IMG/VR virus record: IMGVR_UViG_3300009506_000045
Coordinates: 1 to 52,675 of that record
Reading direction: 5' to 3' (one strand)
DNA length: 52,675 nucleotides
DNA from: a virus
Lineage: Duplodnaviria > Caudoviricetes
Made by a program: the position numbers and the translations under genes. Positions 17,304-26,684 of the stretch are shown piece by piece. Under the pieces are notes generated by a model. It saw only the letters and a list, made by a program, of their open reading frames with translations. It did no database searches and was not told where the DNA came from. Each line of letters opens with the position of its first letter. Positions within the stretch are counted from its first letter, which is position 1.

Positions 17304-18886
17304 CCACGTTGTACGTGGACGGTCGGGCCTTCGGGACGGACCTATGGGTCGAGGGCGGTTGGATTTACCTCCGATCGCCCTACGACCCGGCCCTCCTCGA
17401 GGAGATCCGATCGCTGCAGCGGAGGCGCTGGGACGGGGAGCGGAAGGTCTGGCGCTGCGCCATGACCGCCAGGAACCGCTTCGCGCTCCGCCTCCTGGCT
17501 CGGGACCCTACCGTGACCGAGCGGTACGACGAGCCGCTGGTGCCGATCGAGAGCGAGCGCCCCCTTTGGGAGGCCCAACGGGTCGCGACCGTGCCTCACC
17601 TCGTGCAGCGGCGGCAGTGCATGCTCGCGGCGGATATGCGGGCGGGCAAGACGCTCTCCGTGATCGAGGCGATGGAGCGGTTGACGCACGTCCGGCGGTG
17701 GTTCTGGGTCGGTCCTCCGAAGACCCTCGCCGCGATTCGTCGGGAGTTCGACCGGTGGGACGCCGGGGTCCGTCCGGTCGAGTGGCTCTCCCCCGACCGG
17801 CTCCGGCTGCACCGGATCGGGATCGACGACCCCCCGGACGGCTTGATCGTGGACGAGAGCGTCGCGTACAAAAACCCGTCGGCCGGTCAGACCCAGGTGG
17901 CGCTCGAGCTCCGGGAACGGATGGACGAGGTCCACGGGGACGCGGCCTGCGTGTTCCTGCTGTCAGGCTACCCGGCCCCGCAGGACGCGTGCGACTGGTG
18001 GGCCCAGGCCGAGCTCGCCCGACCCGGGTTCCTGCGGGAGGGCTCGTGGTGGCAGCTCCGGGAGCGGCTCGCGGAGCTCGCGGACTCCGATGAGGGGGGT
18101 CATCGGCACAAGGTCGTCGCTGGCTGGCGAGAGGACGAGGTCAAGCTTCTGGGGCGGCGGCTCGAGGGGCTGGTCCTGCGGATCGATCGGTCGGCCTGCT
18201 ACACGATCCCCGGGACCGTGCACGAGCGGATCGTGGTCGAGCCACCCGAGGAGATGCGACGGGTCGCGCAGGCGCTGCTCTCCCTGGCCGGGAGCCCGGG
18301 CAAGGCCCAGCGACAGCTCCGAGAGCTCTCGGACGGGTTCCAGTACCGTACGGGCATGGACGGGGTCCGCGAGACACTCGAGGGGCCCACCCCGAAGGAC
18401 GACGTCGTCCGGGAGCAGCTCGGCCGCTTCGCGGCGTACCGGCGTCTCCTGTTCTTCGCCGGCTACCAGGCCTCGGTCGATAGGGTGGTGCGGCTCTGCC
18501 TCGAGGAGGGTTGGTCGGCGATCCGGCTCGACGGCCGTGGCTGGCGCTACACGCCCGCGGACGAACAACCGATCCGGGAGGCCTCTGAACGTACGTTCCT
18601 CGACCTCGAGGGGGTCCCGGAGCGGGTCGCCCTGGTCGCGCACCCCGGTTCCGGAGGCGCGGGTCTCAACTTCTCGACGAGCCCGGCGGCGATTTTCTTC
18701 TCGAACGATTTCAACGGCTCGTCACGACGTCAGGCGGTCGATAGGATCCTCGGACCTGTCCCCACGGGTACCCTAGTCGTCGACGTGCTCTGCCTCGGCA
18801 CGGACGCCCGGGTGCTCGACCGGCTCGAGGAGAAGGACGGACAGGTTCAGCTAACGCTCGACGAGCTTCGTGAGGCGCTGGGATGA
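17300..18886 (+). CDS. SNF2-like SF2 helicase
   Basis: 'ADMRAGKT', 'IVDES', 'LSGYP', 'SGGAGLNF', 'QAVDRI'. Confidence 0.88.
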   Translation: MTTLYVDGRAFGTDLWVEGGWIYLRSPYDPALLEEIRSLQRRRWDGERKVWRCAMTARNRFALRLLARDPTVTERYDEPLVPIESERPLWEAQRVATVPHLVQRRQCMLAADMRAGKTLSVIEAMERLTHVRRWFWVGPPKTLAAIRREFDRWDAGVRPVEWLSPDRLRLHRIGIDDPPDGLIVDESVAYKNPSAGQTQVALELRERMDEVHGDAACVFLLSGYPAPQDACDWWAQAELARPGFLREGSWWQLRERLAELADSDEGGHRHKVVAGWREDEVKLLGRRLEGLVLRIDRSACYTIPGTVHERIVVEPPEEMRRVAQALLSLAGSPGKAQRQLRELSDGFQYRTGMDGVRETLEGPTPKDDVVREQLGRFAAYRRLLFFAGYQASVDRVVRLCLEEGWSAIRLDGRGWRYTPADEQPIREASERTFLDLEGVPERVALVAHPGSGGAGLNFSTSPAAIFFSNDFNGSSRRQAVDRILGPVPTGTLVVDVLCLGTDARVLDRLEEKDGQVQLTLDELREALG

Positions 18887-18910
18887 CGCTATGAGGCGAT
18901 CGAGGCCGGG

Positions 18911-21055
18911 ATGGACTACCCCGTGATCACCTTCCTCGACACCGAGACGGTCGGGCTCGTGGGGCCGGTCATGCGGCTCCAGGTCGCCGGGGAGGAGGGA
19001 CCGGTCGAGGTATACGATCCCTGGACCCACCCCGTCTCCGAGACGCTGATCCGGCTCGAGACGCTCGCGGAGGGGGACGTCGTCGGCTTCAACCTGGCGT
19101 TCGACTGGTTCCACCTAACCAAGCTCTACGACACGCTCCGACGGTCCGACTGCTACGACCGGCCCCCGAGCGTGGCCGAGTACGCGCTCCGCGAGACCGT
19201 GACGCACGACGCCGACTGCCTCAAGCCGAGGCGGGCCTGCGACCTCATGCTGCACGCTCGCCGGGGCCCTTACCAGGCGACCATGGCCCGGGACGACGTG
19301 CGGGTGCGGCGAGTGCCCCGGGTCCTGGCGGCGGACCTGGCGGCCGAGCTCGAGCGGCGCGTCGAGCTCCCGGACGTCTACTTCCACCGCTCGACGGGGG
19401 AGCGCTGGAAGGTCGAGGAGCTCGACCCGATCGAGCCGGACCTGGTCAACGTGGTGCTGCGGTTCGGGGGCTCGACGTCGCTCGCGGCCCTGGCCCACGA
19501 CGCCCTCGGGGCCACGAAGCTCGGGGAGCCCTGGCTCGACGACCCGGACCTCTACCCGCAGGACCTGGAGCTCCCCTACCGCCCGCACTCGGGGCGTTGG
19601 CCCGCGATCTGGGGCCTCCACCAACGGCTCTGGACGACCGAGAGGGCCCAGGCCTACGCCCGGCGGGACGTGGAGCTGACCCGCGATCTCTGGCGCAGCT
19701 TCGGCCGGCCGGAGCCCGGGGACGACGACTCCGAGCTGGCCTGCTCCGTGGGGGCCTGCCGCTGGCGGGGCTGGCGGCTCGATCGCGCTCCGCTCGAGGA
19801 GGCCAGGGACGCGGCCCTCCAGGAGATGGAGGTAGCGCCCCGCGCCCCCGTCGCGGCTCGGGCCTACCTGGAGGCCCCGGCCAGCGACCTCGAGAAGCTC
19901 GCGATCCCGGACACGGCGAAGGCGACGCTCCACGCCCTCGCGGCCTGGCCTGGCGAGGTCGGTCGCCGGGCCCGGCTCGTAGCCCAGGCCCGGGCGGCCG
20001 AGAAGGTAGCCAACCTTTGCGGAAAGCTCCTCGAGGCGGGACGCTGTCACTTTGATTTCAAGGTCCTGGGCACCCTCTCGGGCCGCATGGCGGGCGCGGG
20101 CGGCATCAACCCCCAGGGGATCAACAGGACCCTCCGGAACGCGTTCCCGCTGGCCGACCCCGACGAGCGGCTGGACGGCGGGGACTTCGCCGGCTTCGAG
20201 GTGGCGATCGCGGCGGCGGCCTACGGGGACGCGACGCTGACGGCGGACCTCCAGGCCGGCCGGAGCCTGCACGCGCTCCTCGGAGCGGCGCTCTACGATC
20301 AACCTTACGAAGCTATCGTGGCGACCAAGGGGGGCGGAGGCGAGGGGGACCTCTATGGCAAGGCGAAAAACAGCATGTTCGCCATGCTCTACGGGGCGCA
20401 CGACGAGAAGGTGGCGGCGACGGCCGGGGTACCCCCGGAGACCGCCTCGGCCGCCCTGGCCCGGTTCTTCGCCCGCTACCCCGGGGTCCAGGAGGCCCGG
20501 AAGCGGGTGCACGACGCGTTCTGCTCGATGCGCCAACCAGGGGGCCTCGGAACGGCGGTCGAGTGGCACGAGCCGGCGGAGCACGTCGAGAGCCTGCTCG
20601 GCTTCCGGCGATACTACCACGTCGAGAACGCGATCTGCCGGACGTTGTTCGACCTGGCCCAGCAGCCCACGGGAGCCCTGCAACGGCACCGGGACGTCAA
20701 GGTCCGGCGGCGCGACCGGGTCCAGACCCCGGGCGGAGCGACCCGGTCGGCGCTCTACGCGGCGGCCTTCCAGATCCAGGCCCGGGCCATGCGAAGCGCG
20801 GCCAACCACGTGATCCAGTCCACCGGGGCCGAGATCACGAAGGCCCTCCAGCGGCGGATCTGGGACCGGCAGCCGGTCGGGGTGAGCCCGTTCGTCGTCC
20901 GCCCGCTCAACGTGCACGACGAGGTCATGGTAGCCCGCGCTCCGGGTGTCTCGCTCCGGGACGTGGTCAACGAGGTGCTGGAGCGGTACCGGGCGACGGT
21001 GCCACTGCTGGCGATGGACTGGCACGAGGAGATGACGACGTGGGCCGAGAAGTAG
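18911..21055 (+). CDS. polA: DNA polymerase family A with 3'-5' exonuclease domain
   Basis: Exo 'DTET', 'FNLAFD', 'YARRD'; polymerase 'GRMA..NPQGI', 'DFAGFE', 'KNSMFAMLYG', 'NHVIQSTGA', 'NVHDE'. Confidence 0.93.
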   Translation: MDYPVITFLDTETVGLVGPVMRLQVAGEEGPVEVYDPWTHPVSETLIRLETLAEGDVVGFNLAFDWFHLTKLYDTLRRSDCYDRPPSVAEYALRETVTHDADCLKPRRACDLMLHARRGPYQATMARDDVRVRRVPRVLAADLAAELERRVELPDVYFHRSTGERWKVEELDPIEPDLVNVVLRFGGSTSLAALAHDALGATKLGEPWLDDPDLYPQDLELPYRPHSGRWPAIWGLHQRLWTTERAQAYARRDVELTRDLWRSFGRPEPGDDDSELACSVGACRWRGWRLDRAPLEEARDAALQEMEVAPRAPVAARAYLEAPASDLEKLAIPDTAKATLHALAAWPGEVGRRARLVAQARAAEKVANLCGKLLEAGRCHFDFKVLGTLSGRMAGAGGINPQGINRTLRNAFPLADPDERLDGGDFAGFEVAIAAAAYGDATLTADLQAGRSLHALLGAALYDQPYEAIVATKGGGGEGDLYGKAKNSMFAMLYGAHDEKVAATAGVPPETASAALARFFARYPGVQEARKRVHDAFCSMRQPGGLGTAVEWHEPAEHVESLLGFRRYYHVENAICRTLFDLAQQPTGALQRHRDVKVRRRDRVQTPGGATRSALYAAAFQIQARAMRSAANHVIQSTGAEITKALQRRIWDRQPVGVSPFVVRPLNVHDEVMVARAPGVSLRDVVNEVLERYRATVPLLAMDWHEEMTTWAEK

Positions 21056-21342
21056 ACGGGCTACCTCGATCAGACCTGCGGATCCCGACGCCTCCGGTCG
21101 GGCGACCGGATGCTGGGTACCGGGTCAAGGCGGCTACTACGTACCGGATCGAGACGACCGACCCCCTGGTGCACGAGCGGAGCCTCCGGGGGCTCGACGC
21201 CCTGCTGGCGCTCTTCGTGATCCGGGAGCACGCGCACGAGGTGGCCCGGGGCAAGCGCGAGGGCACGGTGGCGTCGATCTACCGGACGATCGTGGCCGAG
21301 CTCGAGGAGCGGGGGATCGACCTCGACCGGCTGCTGACGTAG
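21040..21342 (+). CDS. Hypothetical protein
   Basis: GTG 21040 with upstream GAGGAG SD; 3' part of ORF 20563..21342; fills the gap between polA and VRR-NUC. Confidence 0.55.
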   Translation: MGREVDGLPRSDLRIPTPPVGRPDAGYRVKAATTYRIETTDPLVHERSLRGLDALLALFVIREHAHEVARGKREGTVASIYRTIVAELEERGIDLDRLLT

Positions 21343-21351
21343 ACTCGGGGC

Positions 21352-21705
21352 ATGGTCCAGCGTGAGAAGCTCACGGTCTCCGACCCGCTCCGCCGGCTCC
21401 TAAGGGCGGACGGGTGGCTCGTTGAGAAGAGCCACGGTAACCTGTATCAAGCTGGCTGGCCGGACCTGTACTGCTTTCATCTAGCGCACGGCCACCGGTG
21501 GGTCGAGACGAAGACCCCGAACGGGCGCCTCACCCCGGCCCAGTTCGAGACGTTCTCCCGGTGGGTCGAGGCGGGCGTCCCGATCTGGATCCTGACCGAG
21601 CCACGTCCCGACCTGCTCCTCGACCCGCCGAACGCCCGGGCCTGGCTCGACCGCTACCGGCCGGCGGAGCGGCGGACGGTTGGTCGGTACTTCGAGTCAG
21701 CGTAG
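21352..21705 (+). CDS. VRR-NUC endonuclease
   Basis: 'GWPDL...WVETKTPNGRLTPAQ' PD-(D/E)XK VRR-NUC signature. Confidence 0.88.
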   Translation: MVQREKLTVSDPLRRLLRADGWLVEKSHGNLYQAGWPDLYCFHLAHGHRWVETKTPNGRLTPAQFETFSRWVEAGVPIWILTEPRPDLLLDPPNARAWLDRYRPAERRTVGRYFESA

Positions 21706-21713
21706 CGCATGGT

Positions 21714-21761
21714 CTAACTTACGACCTAACTTACGACCTAACTTACGACCTAGCTTACGAC
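21714..21761. repeat. Intergenic 12-bp tandem repeat x4 (CTAACTTACGAC)
   Basis: Three exact copies plus CTAGCTTACGAC. Confidence 0.95.
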
Positions 21762-21850
21762 AACCTGACCCCGTGGTGCGTCCCGCCTTGGCTCACGTGC
21801 AGGCAACCTTCCCCCAACCACGCGCCGCGGGGTTCTTCCATCGTTTTACC

Positions 21851-21890
21851 TCAAGCCCCGTCCTCCGACGGCCGATAAGGGTCTTAGACG
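21851..21890 (+). promoter_or_regulatory. sigma28-like promoter cassette 1
   Basis: TCAA-N16-GCCGATAA, then GGGTCTTAGACG. Confidence 0.7.
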
Positions 21891-21920
21891 CGACACCCAC
21901 CCCACGGAAAGGAGTCTTCC

Positions 21921-22559
21921 ATGGCTCGTCTGCTCTCGAAGGCCAACCTGACGGCGCACGTGGCGCCGGACGAAAACGGGCGCTACGCGACCGCTGGTCT
22001 AATCCTCGCTGAGGACGGCGTCTGGTCGACGGACGGTCGTATCCTCGTCCGGACCCCCTACCCCCGGGACGAGCCGACGGAGCACCCGCAGGCCGACGAC
22101 GAGGCGGGGCCGACCGACGTGGTGGTCCCGCTCCAAGCTGCCCAGAAGGTGGTCAAGAACCTACCTCGGGGCCGTCAAGCTCGGCCGGCGCTGGAGCACG
22201 CGGCCGTGACGCTCGTGGAGGGCAAGCTCAAGCTGGGCCTCGGGCTCCGGGACGAGGGCGTCACCGTGACCGATCGACCCGGTCTGACCTTCCCTTCCCT
22301 GGATAAGATCCGTCTCAAGTTCGGGCGCACCGGTACGCACGCGCGGTTCGACCTCCACCTGCTCAAGCAGCTCGTGACCGTGCTGGAGAAGGCCGGGGCC
22401 TCCTTCGTGGACCTGGACCTGGAGGCCGACGGCCCGCTCCTGGTCTTCGGCCAGGGGGTGGACAACCTGGGTGACCCGGTCGGGGAGGTCGCGCGAGGAA
22501 TGATCGTGCCGATAAGATTCTCGACGAGGCCTAAAGCCCCGCCCCCCGACGGCCGATAA
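21921..22559 (+). CDS. Divergent sliding-clamp (DnaN)-like protein
   Basis: 'RYATAGL...VWSTDGRILV' and 'FPSLDKI...RFDLHLLKQLV' resemble beta-clamp motifs. Confidence 0.5.
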   Translation: MARLLSKANLTAHVAPDENGRYATAGLILAEDGVWSTDGRILVRTPYPRDEPTEHPQADDEAGPTDVVVPLQAAQKVVKNLPRGRQARPALEHAAVTLVEGKLKLGLGLRDEGVTVTDRPGLTFPSLDKIRLKFGRTGTHARFDLHLLKQLVTVLEKAGASFVDLDLEADGPLLVFGQGVDNLGDPVGEVARGMIVPIRFSTRPKAPPPDGR

Positions 22560-22592
22560 GAGTCTTAGACGAGAAACCCACCCCGCAGGAGA
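22532..22592 (+). promoter_or_regulatory. sigma28-like promoter cassette 2
   Basis: TAAA-N16-GCCGATAA, GAGTCTTAGACG, ACCCCGCAGGAG. Confidence 0.75.
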
Positions 22593-22599
22593 TCGAACG

Positions 22600-22722
22600 A
22601 TGAAGCTCACCGACCTACCCTGGAAGCTCGCGACCTGGACGACCGTTGCCTGCCTCGGTACCTGGTTCGTGCTCCGCGCCGCTCTCTGGGCTGCCGACGT
22701 CGCGCAGTACCTGGTTCGCTGA
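22600..22722 (+). CDS. 40-aa hydrophobic peptide (not in ORF track)
   Basis: SD AGGAG; MKLTDLPWKLATWTTVACLGTWFVLRAALWAADVAQYLVR. Confidence 0.6.
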   Translation: MKLTDLPWKLATWTTVACLGTWFVLRAALWAADVAQYLVR

Positions 22723-22757
22723 GCGTCCTACAACCCAACCCCGCAGGAGCATCCATC

Positions 22758-23522
22758 ATGAGCGGAACCCTGATAACTCACCGTGACAGCCGAGAGGTCT
22801 CGCGATCCGAGATCTTCTCCATGGACGTTCCCCCACCCTTCGGGCCCCGACACCGTCCGGTGCATCACGCGGAGGTCGTGCTCGCGCTCGAGAAGGGGCT
22901 CGAGGAACGAGGCCTCAGGATCGATCGCTGGCGCTACGCGGTCGGGGGCTCGGTGACGCATCCCCTCGACCACAAGGTCTACCCCGATGTGAAGCTCTTC
23001 GGGGTCGCGGACCTGCAGACGGGGACCGGGACCTTCGGCTCCTCGATTGGCTTCCGGTCGAGCAACGCGCAGGATTTCGCGATCTCGATCATCGCCGGGG
23101 CGAGGGTCTTCGTGTGTGACAACCTGTGCTTCGACGGGGCGAACCTGGTGCTCAACCGCAAGCACACCACCGGCCTTGACCTGTACCAGGAGGTACGCGA
23201 GGGGCTCGACCGCTGGCAAGGGGCGGACGACCGCCTCCGTGAGCGGATCGCGCGGATGGAGCACCAGGAGCTCCCGGACGTGCTCGCCCGGGCCGGTCTG
23301 TTCCGGCTCTTCGAGCGCAAGGCTCTCCCGCATCGGCTGCTGCCTCACGTGGCGACCACCTACTTCCAGCCGGAGGACGGTTGGAGCGACGTTCGGCCCC
23401 GTACCGTGTGGGGGCTCCACAACGCGGTGACGCGGACCATCCGAGACGAGCCCCTGCACCTCCGAGGCCGCTACTCGCAGGCCACCACCCGCGAGCTCGC
23501 AGCCTTCTACAAGCTCAACTAG
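22758..23522 (+). CDS. DUF932-family protein
   Basis: 'HRPVHH', 'IGFRSSN', 'GARVFVCDNL', 'RKHT', 'TVWGLHNAVT'. Confidence 0.8.
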   Translation: MSGTLITHRDSREVSRSEIFSMDVPPPFGPRHRPVHHAEVVLALEKGLEERGLRIDRWRYAVGGSVTHPLDHKVYPDVKLFGVADLQTGTGTFGSSIGFRSSNAQDFAISIIAGARVFVCDNLCFDGANLVLNRKHTTGLDLYQEVREGLDRWQGADDRLRERIARMEHQELPDVLARAGLFRLFERKALPHRLLPHVATTYFQPEDGWSDVRPRTVWGLHNAVTRTIRDEPLHLRGRYSQATTRELAAFYKLN

Positions 23523-23551
23523 GATCCCGCAACCCCGCCAGAGCCCCGCCA

Positions 23552-23585
23552 GAGCCCCGGCCCGCCCCGGGGCTCAACCTTTTCT
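23552..23585 (+). terminator. Possible intrinsic terminator
   Basis: 9-bp stem GAGCCCCGG/CCGGGGCTC followed by AACCTTTTCT. Confidence 0.5.
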
Positions 23586-23643
23586 CAAGGTCGTCCCTCC
23601 GCCGACCGATAAGGGTCTTAGATGAAACCTAACCCCGCAGGAG
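23585..23643 (+). promoter_or_regulatory. sigma28-like promoter cassette 3
   Basis: TCAA-N16-ACCGATAA, GGGTCTTAGA, ACCCCGCAGGAG. Confidence 0.7.
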
Positions 23644-23652
23644 ACCCAAACC

Positions 23653-24183
23653 ATGCTGTTCAACGGAACCTACACGGTCGAGAACGCGGAGACCGGAGAG
23701 CACCGAACGTTCCAGATCAAGACGGTGCAGTCGAGCCCCGAGAGGCCAAACCCGCTCGCGGGGAAGCGGATCCTCTCGCTGCTCTCGGGCTCGGACAACG
23801 AGAACGACTACCAGAGCTTCGGCTTTGTGTTCGAGGCCAGCGACCGGCTCCGGGTCGCGGTCTGGAAGCGCTGCCTGACCCCCGCGTTCACGGCCTACGC
23901 GAGCCTGTTCGAGAAGCTCGCCCGCGTGCTGCCCGATGAGGCACTTCCCGAGAGCGAGCTCCTGGACCTGCCTTATGGCTCGAAACGATACAACGTCCGG
24001 CTGGCGAAGCGCTGCTCACGCTGCAACCGCAAGCTCACGCACCCCGACTCCCTCGTGACGGGGATCGGGCCCGAGTGCTCCGAGAAGCTCGGCCTACCCT
24101 ACGGGCGGGACGTGCTCAACGGGTGGGACGTCAACCGACCGGACAACGTACAGGCCCGGCGGGCCGAGGCCAGGCTCAAATGA
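23653..24183 (+). CDS. DUF6011-family Zn-finger protein
   Basis: 'LSGSDNENDY' and 'CSRCNRKLTHPDSLVTGIGPEC'. Confidence 0.8.
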   Translation: MLFNGTYTVENAETGEHRTFQIKTVQSSPERPNPLAGKRILSLLSGSDNENDYQSFGFVFEASDRLRVAVWKRCLTPAFTAYASLFEKLARVLPDEALPESELLDLPYGSKRYNVRLAKRCSRCNRKLTHPDSLVTGIGPECSEKLGLPYGRDVLNGWDVNRPDNVQARRAEARLK

Positions 24184-24632
24184 ACACCTTTCTGCCCTAC
24201 CCCCACTTTGCGCGCTCGGCCCGGTGCCTCGATCGGCAGCGGCTCGGGAAGCAACGGCTCGAGGTAATCCAGATCCTGCGTACCCTCCTCGGGCACTCGG
24301 TCGGCTGGCGGCACCACCCGGCCGTCCGTATGTGGGCCGGGCACGAGCGCGCCCTGGTCCGCTACGGGGTAGCCGTGTGCCAGGAGTGGAGGGCTCGAGG
24401 CTACCGGGACGCTCAGCTCGTGACGCTGTGGCGGCTTGAGCAGGCCTACCTGCGCCGAAGCTTCACGGTCTTCCCGCCCTGGCTCGGGAATCCTACGTTC
24501 CACGCGTCTCACCGCTCGAACCTGTTGAACAAGAACCCGGTCTGGTACGGTCGCTTCGGCTGGACCGAGCCTTCGAACCTTCCGTACGTGTGGCCGGTTT
24601 CCCCTTCAGTTCCGCCGGAGAAGGGACGATAA
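24180..24632 (+). CDS. Pyrimidine-dimer DNA glycosylase-like protein (T4 endoV/MSMEG_6728 family)
   Basis: 'MNTFLPY...LDRQRLGKQRLE...HHPAVRMWAG...PPWLG...HASHRSNLL...YVWP'. Confidence 0.85.
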   Translation: MNTFLPYPHFARSARCLDRQRLGKQRLEVIQILRTLLGHSVGWRHHPAVRMWAGHERALVRYGVAVCQEWRARGYRDAQLVTLWRLEQAYLRRSFTVFPPWLGNPTFHASHRSNLLNKNPVWYGRFGWTEPSNLPYVWPVSPSVPPEKGR

Positions 24633-24670
24633 GGGTCTTAGACGAGGAGCGAAACCTAACCCCGCGGGAG
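24605..24670 (+). promoter_or_regulatory. sigma28-like promoter cassette 4
   Basis: TTCA-N16-GACGATAA, GGGTCTTAGACG, ACCCCGCGGGAG. Confidence 0.65.
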
Positions 24671-24678
24671 ATGCAACG

Positions 24679-24993
24679 ATGACGAACAACGAGATGGTCG
24701 AAGCGGCGGTGGCGATGCACGAGGGTCGGAGCGGGTACCACTACGACCGGAAGCGCATCGAGGCGGCGGTGGAGGGAGGCCTCCAGGAGGGGGACGACGT
24801 CCCCATCGGGAACAACGCTCACGTGAAGATTCAGGGCGGGACGGTAGTCGTCCGGCAATGGGATAGAGCGCAGCAGCAGTACCGGGAGATAACCCGGGTG
24901 CTCTTGGAGGACCTCTCGGACGTGCAGCGTGAGAAAACCTTGATCTGCAAGGCCTATCAGGCGGGACGGCTGGGCTCCGAGGTAGGACCCTGA
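24679..24993 (+). CDS. Hypothetical protein
   Basis: Follows cassette 4 and its SD. Confidence 0.7.
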   Translation: MTNNEMVEAAVAMHEGRSGYHYDRKRIEAAVEGGLQEGDDVPIGNNAHVKIQGGTVVVRQWDRAQQQYREITRVLLEDLSDVQREKTLICKAYQAGRLGSEVGP

Positions 24994-25049
24994 GCCAATT
25001 TTCCAACCCCGCCATGTTCCAACCGTGATACCATAGGGGAGGTCACGAC

Positions 25050-25316
25050 GTGAGCAGACGACCGCTACGCAACCTGGACGAGGCGATCGCGAGGGTTGAC
25101 CGGATCCTGGACGACGTCCAAGCCGGACGCACCCCCGCCTCCGAGGAGCTCTGGGCCGAGCTTGGGAAGGTGATCGACGTGCTGGAGCGCCAGGTCACGA
25201 ACGTCTTCCAGCGGGTCCCGCCCCGCTACGCGAGGACCGCGGCGAAGGCCGACCAGGTGCTCAACGATTTCTTCCCGAAGGCCCTCATGACCACGCTGTT
25301 GGGGGACGACGTATGA
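25050..25316 (+). CDS. Hypothetical helical protein
   Basis: SD GGAGG; ATGA coupling to next gene. Confidence 0.65.
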   Translation: MSRRPLRNLDEAIARVDRILDDVQAGRTPASEELWAELGKVIDVLERQVTNVFQRVPPRYARTAAKADQVLNDFFPKALMTTLLGDDV

Positions 25317-26017
25317 ACACCAACCGACCCAGGAGGTCGATGCTCCTCGAGGGGCTGCTTCTGCTTCTCGTCGCGCTCGCCGGCGCGGCCCTGCTCGACG
25401 GGGCTACGCGGCTCGTGGTGCACCCGGCGGCACCGGTGGCGCACCCGGCGGCACCGGTGGCGCACCCGATCGAGCGTCCCAACCTGACGCAGCCCCAGCT
25501 AGCGCAGCCCGGCTCATCGCCCCGGCTCGTGCTGCTCACGGGCCACTGGCTCCCGGAGCGTGACGGTTATCCGAGCGGCCCCTTGCTCGACCTGCGCCAC
25601 CAAACGGCGACCCTTTGGGCGTTCCCGGTGGACGTGGCCCCGGCTGGGGACCTGAACGTGATCCCAGCCTGGCACCTCGAGGTGCAGGAGGGCGACGGCT
25701 CCGGGGGCACCGTGTGGAGGCGCTTCGAGCCCCCGAACCTGCTCTACGGCGTGACCATCACGCACCGAGGCTCCCTGCCGTGGGAGCTCTACGACCTGTT
25801 GACCCGCTATCCGCTCTTCCTGTTACTCGGGGTACGGCCCCCTCCGGGCGAGGAGCTACGGACCGTCTGGACCTGGACGGAGGGACGCACCCCGAACCCC
25901 CAAGGCTGGGTGCTGCGAGGCGGGTCTCGGATCGGGCGGATCACGCAGGCGACGCTCCGTCTCGTGGCCCCGGGAGGCGAGATCACCCCGCCGGTCTCGC
26001 TCTGGGTGCTGCGATGA
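25313..26017 (+). CDS. Membrane-anchored or secreted protein
   Basis: N-terminal hydrophobic helix, HPAAPVA repeat linker, beta-rich domain. Confidence 0.65.
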   Translation: MNTNRPRRSMLLEGLLLLLVALAGAALLDGATRLVVHPAAPVAHPAAPVAHPIERPNLTQPQLAQPGSSPRLVLLTGHWLPERDGYPSGPLLDLRHQTATLWAFPVDVAPAGDLNVIPAWHLEVQEGDGSGGTVWRRFEPPNLLYGVTITHRGSLPWELYDLLTRYPLFLLLGVRPPPGEELRTVWTWTEGRTPNPQGWVLRGGSRIGRITQATLRLVAPGGEITPPVSLWVLR

Positions 26018-26036
26018 GAAGAGGGAGGAGGGCCTC

Positions 26037-26684
26037 ATGAACATCGTACAGGAGTATACGTCGGGTCGACGTAATTTCAACGAGGCCAACCTGCGCTGGG
26101 CCGACCTGTCCGGGGCCGACCTGCGCTGGGCCAACCTGTCCGGGGCCAACCTGCACAGGGCCAACCTGCACAGGGCCAACCTGCGCGGGGCCAACCTGTC
26201 CGGGGCCAACCTGCGTAGGGCCGACCTGCGCTGGGCCAACCTGTCCGGGGCCGACCTGCGCTGGGCCAACCTGTCCGGGGCCAACCTGTCTGGGGCCGAC
26301 CTGTCCGAGGCCGACCTGTCCGGGGCCAACCTGTCCGGGGCCGACCTGCGCTGGGCCAACCTGTCCGGGGCCGACCTGTCTCATACACGTTTACCTGCCC
26401 CAACGGCGGTACTGTCGGCCAATTGGGGCCAGGTCCCGGAGGACCTGTGTCTTGATCTCATGCGATACGACGCCTCCAACCACCCAGCGGGCGTAGCGGC
26501 GTTTGATCGTTGGGCTCTCGATGGCCCATGTCCCTATGCTGTCGTGGAGACGCAACGATGCGCCAACTTCCAGGAGTCCCGATCGATCTGGCAGAACCGA
26601 CCAACGACCGACGCTCCCGTCCCCACGGCGCTCGAGCTGGTACGACGGCTGCTCGCAGCCTCTTGCCGGGGGAGCACCCTATGA
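26037..26684 (+). CDS. Pentapeptide-repeat protein
   Basis: About 20 A(D/N)Lxx repeats followed by a Cys-containing C-terminal domain. Confidence 0.92.
   Translation: MNIVQEYTSGRRNFNEANLRWADLSGADLRWANLSGANLHRANLHRANLRGANLSGANLRRADLRWANLSGADLRWANLSGANLSGADLSEADLSGANLSGADLRWANLSGADLSHTRLPAPTAVLSANWGQVPEDLCLDLMRYDASNHPAGVAAFDRWALDGPCPYAVVETQRCANFQESRSIWQNRPTTDAPVPTALELVRRLLAASCRGSTL

Noticed and set aside
19115-21025. Long antisense ORFs (also 32977..34935, 43013..44548, 45124..46428, 47896..49401)
   Set aside because: Shadow frames of high-GC genes; no motifs, and they lie opposite well-supported CDSs
21851-24678. Integron attC cassette array
   Set aside because: No tyrosine recombinase and no RYYYAAC/GTTRRRY boxes; the fixed -35/-10 spacing fits promoters better
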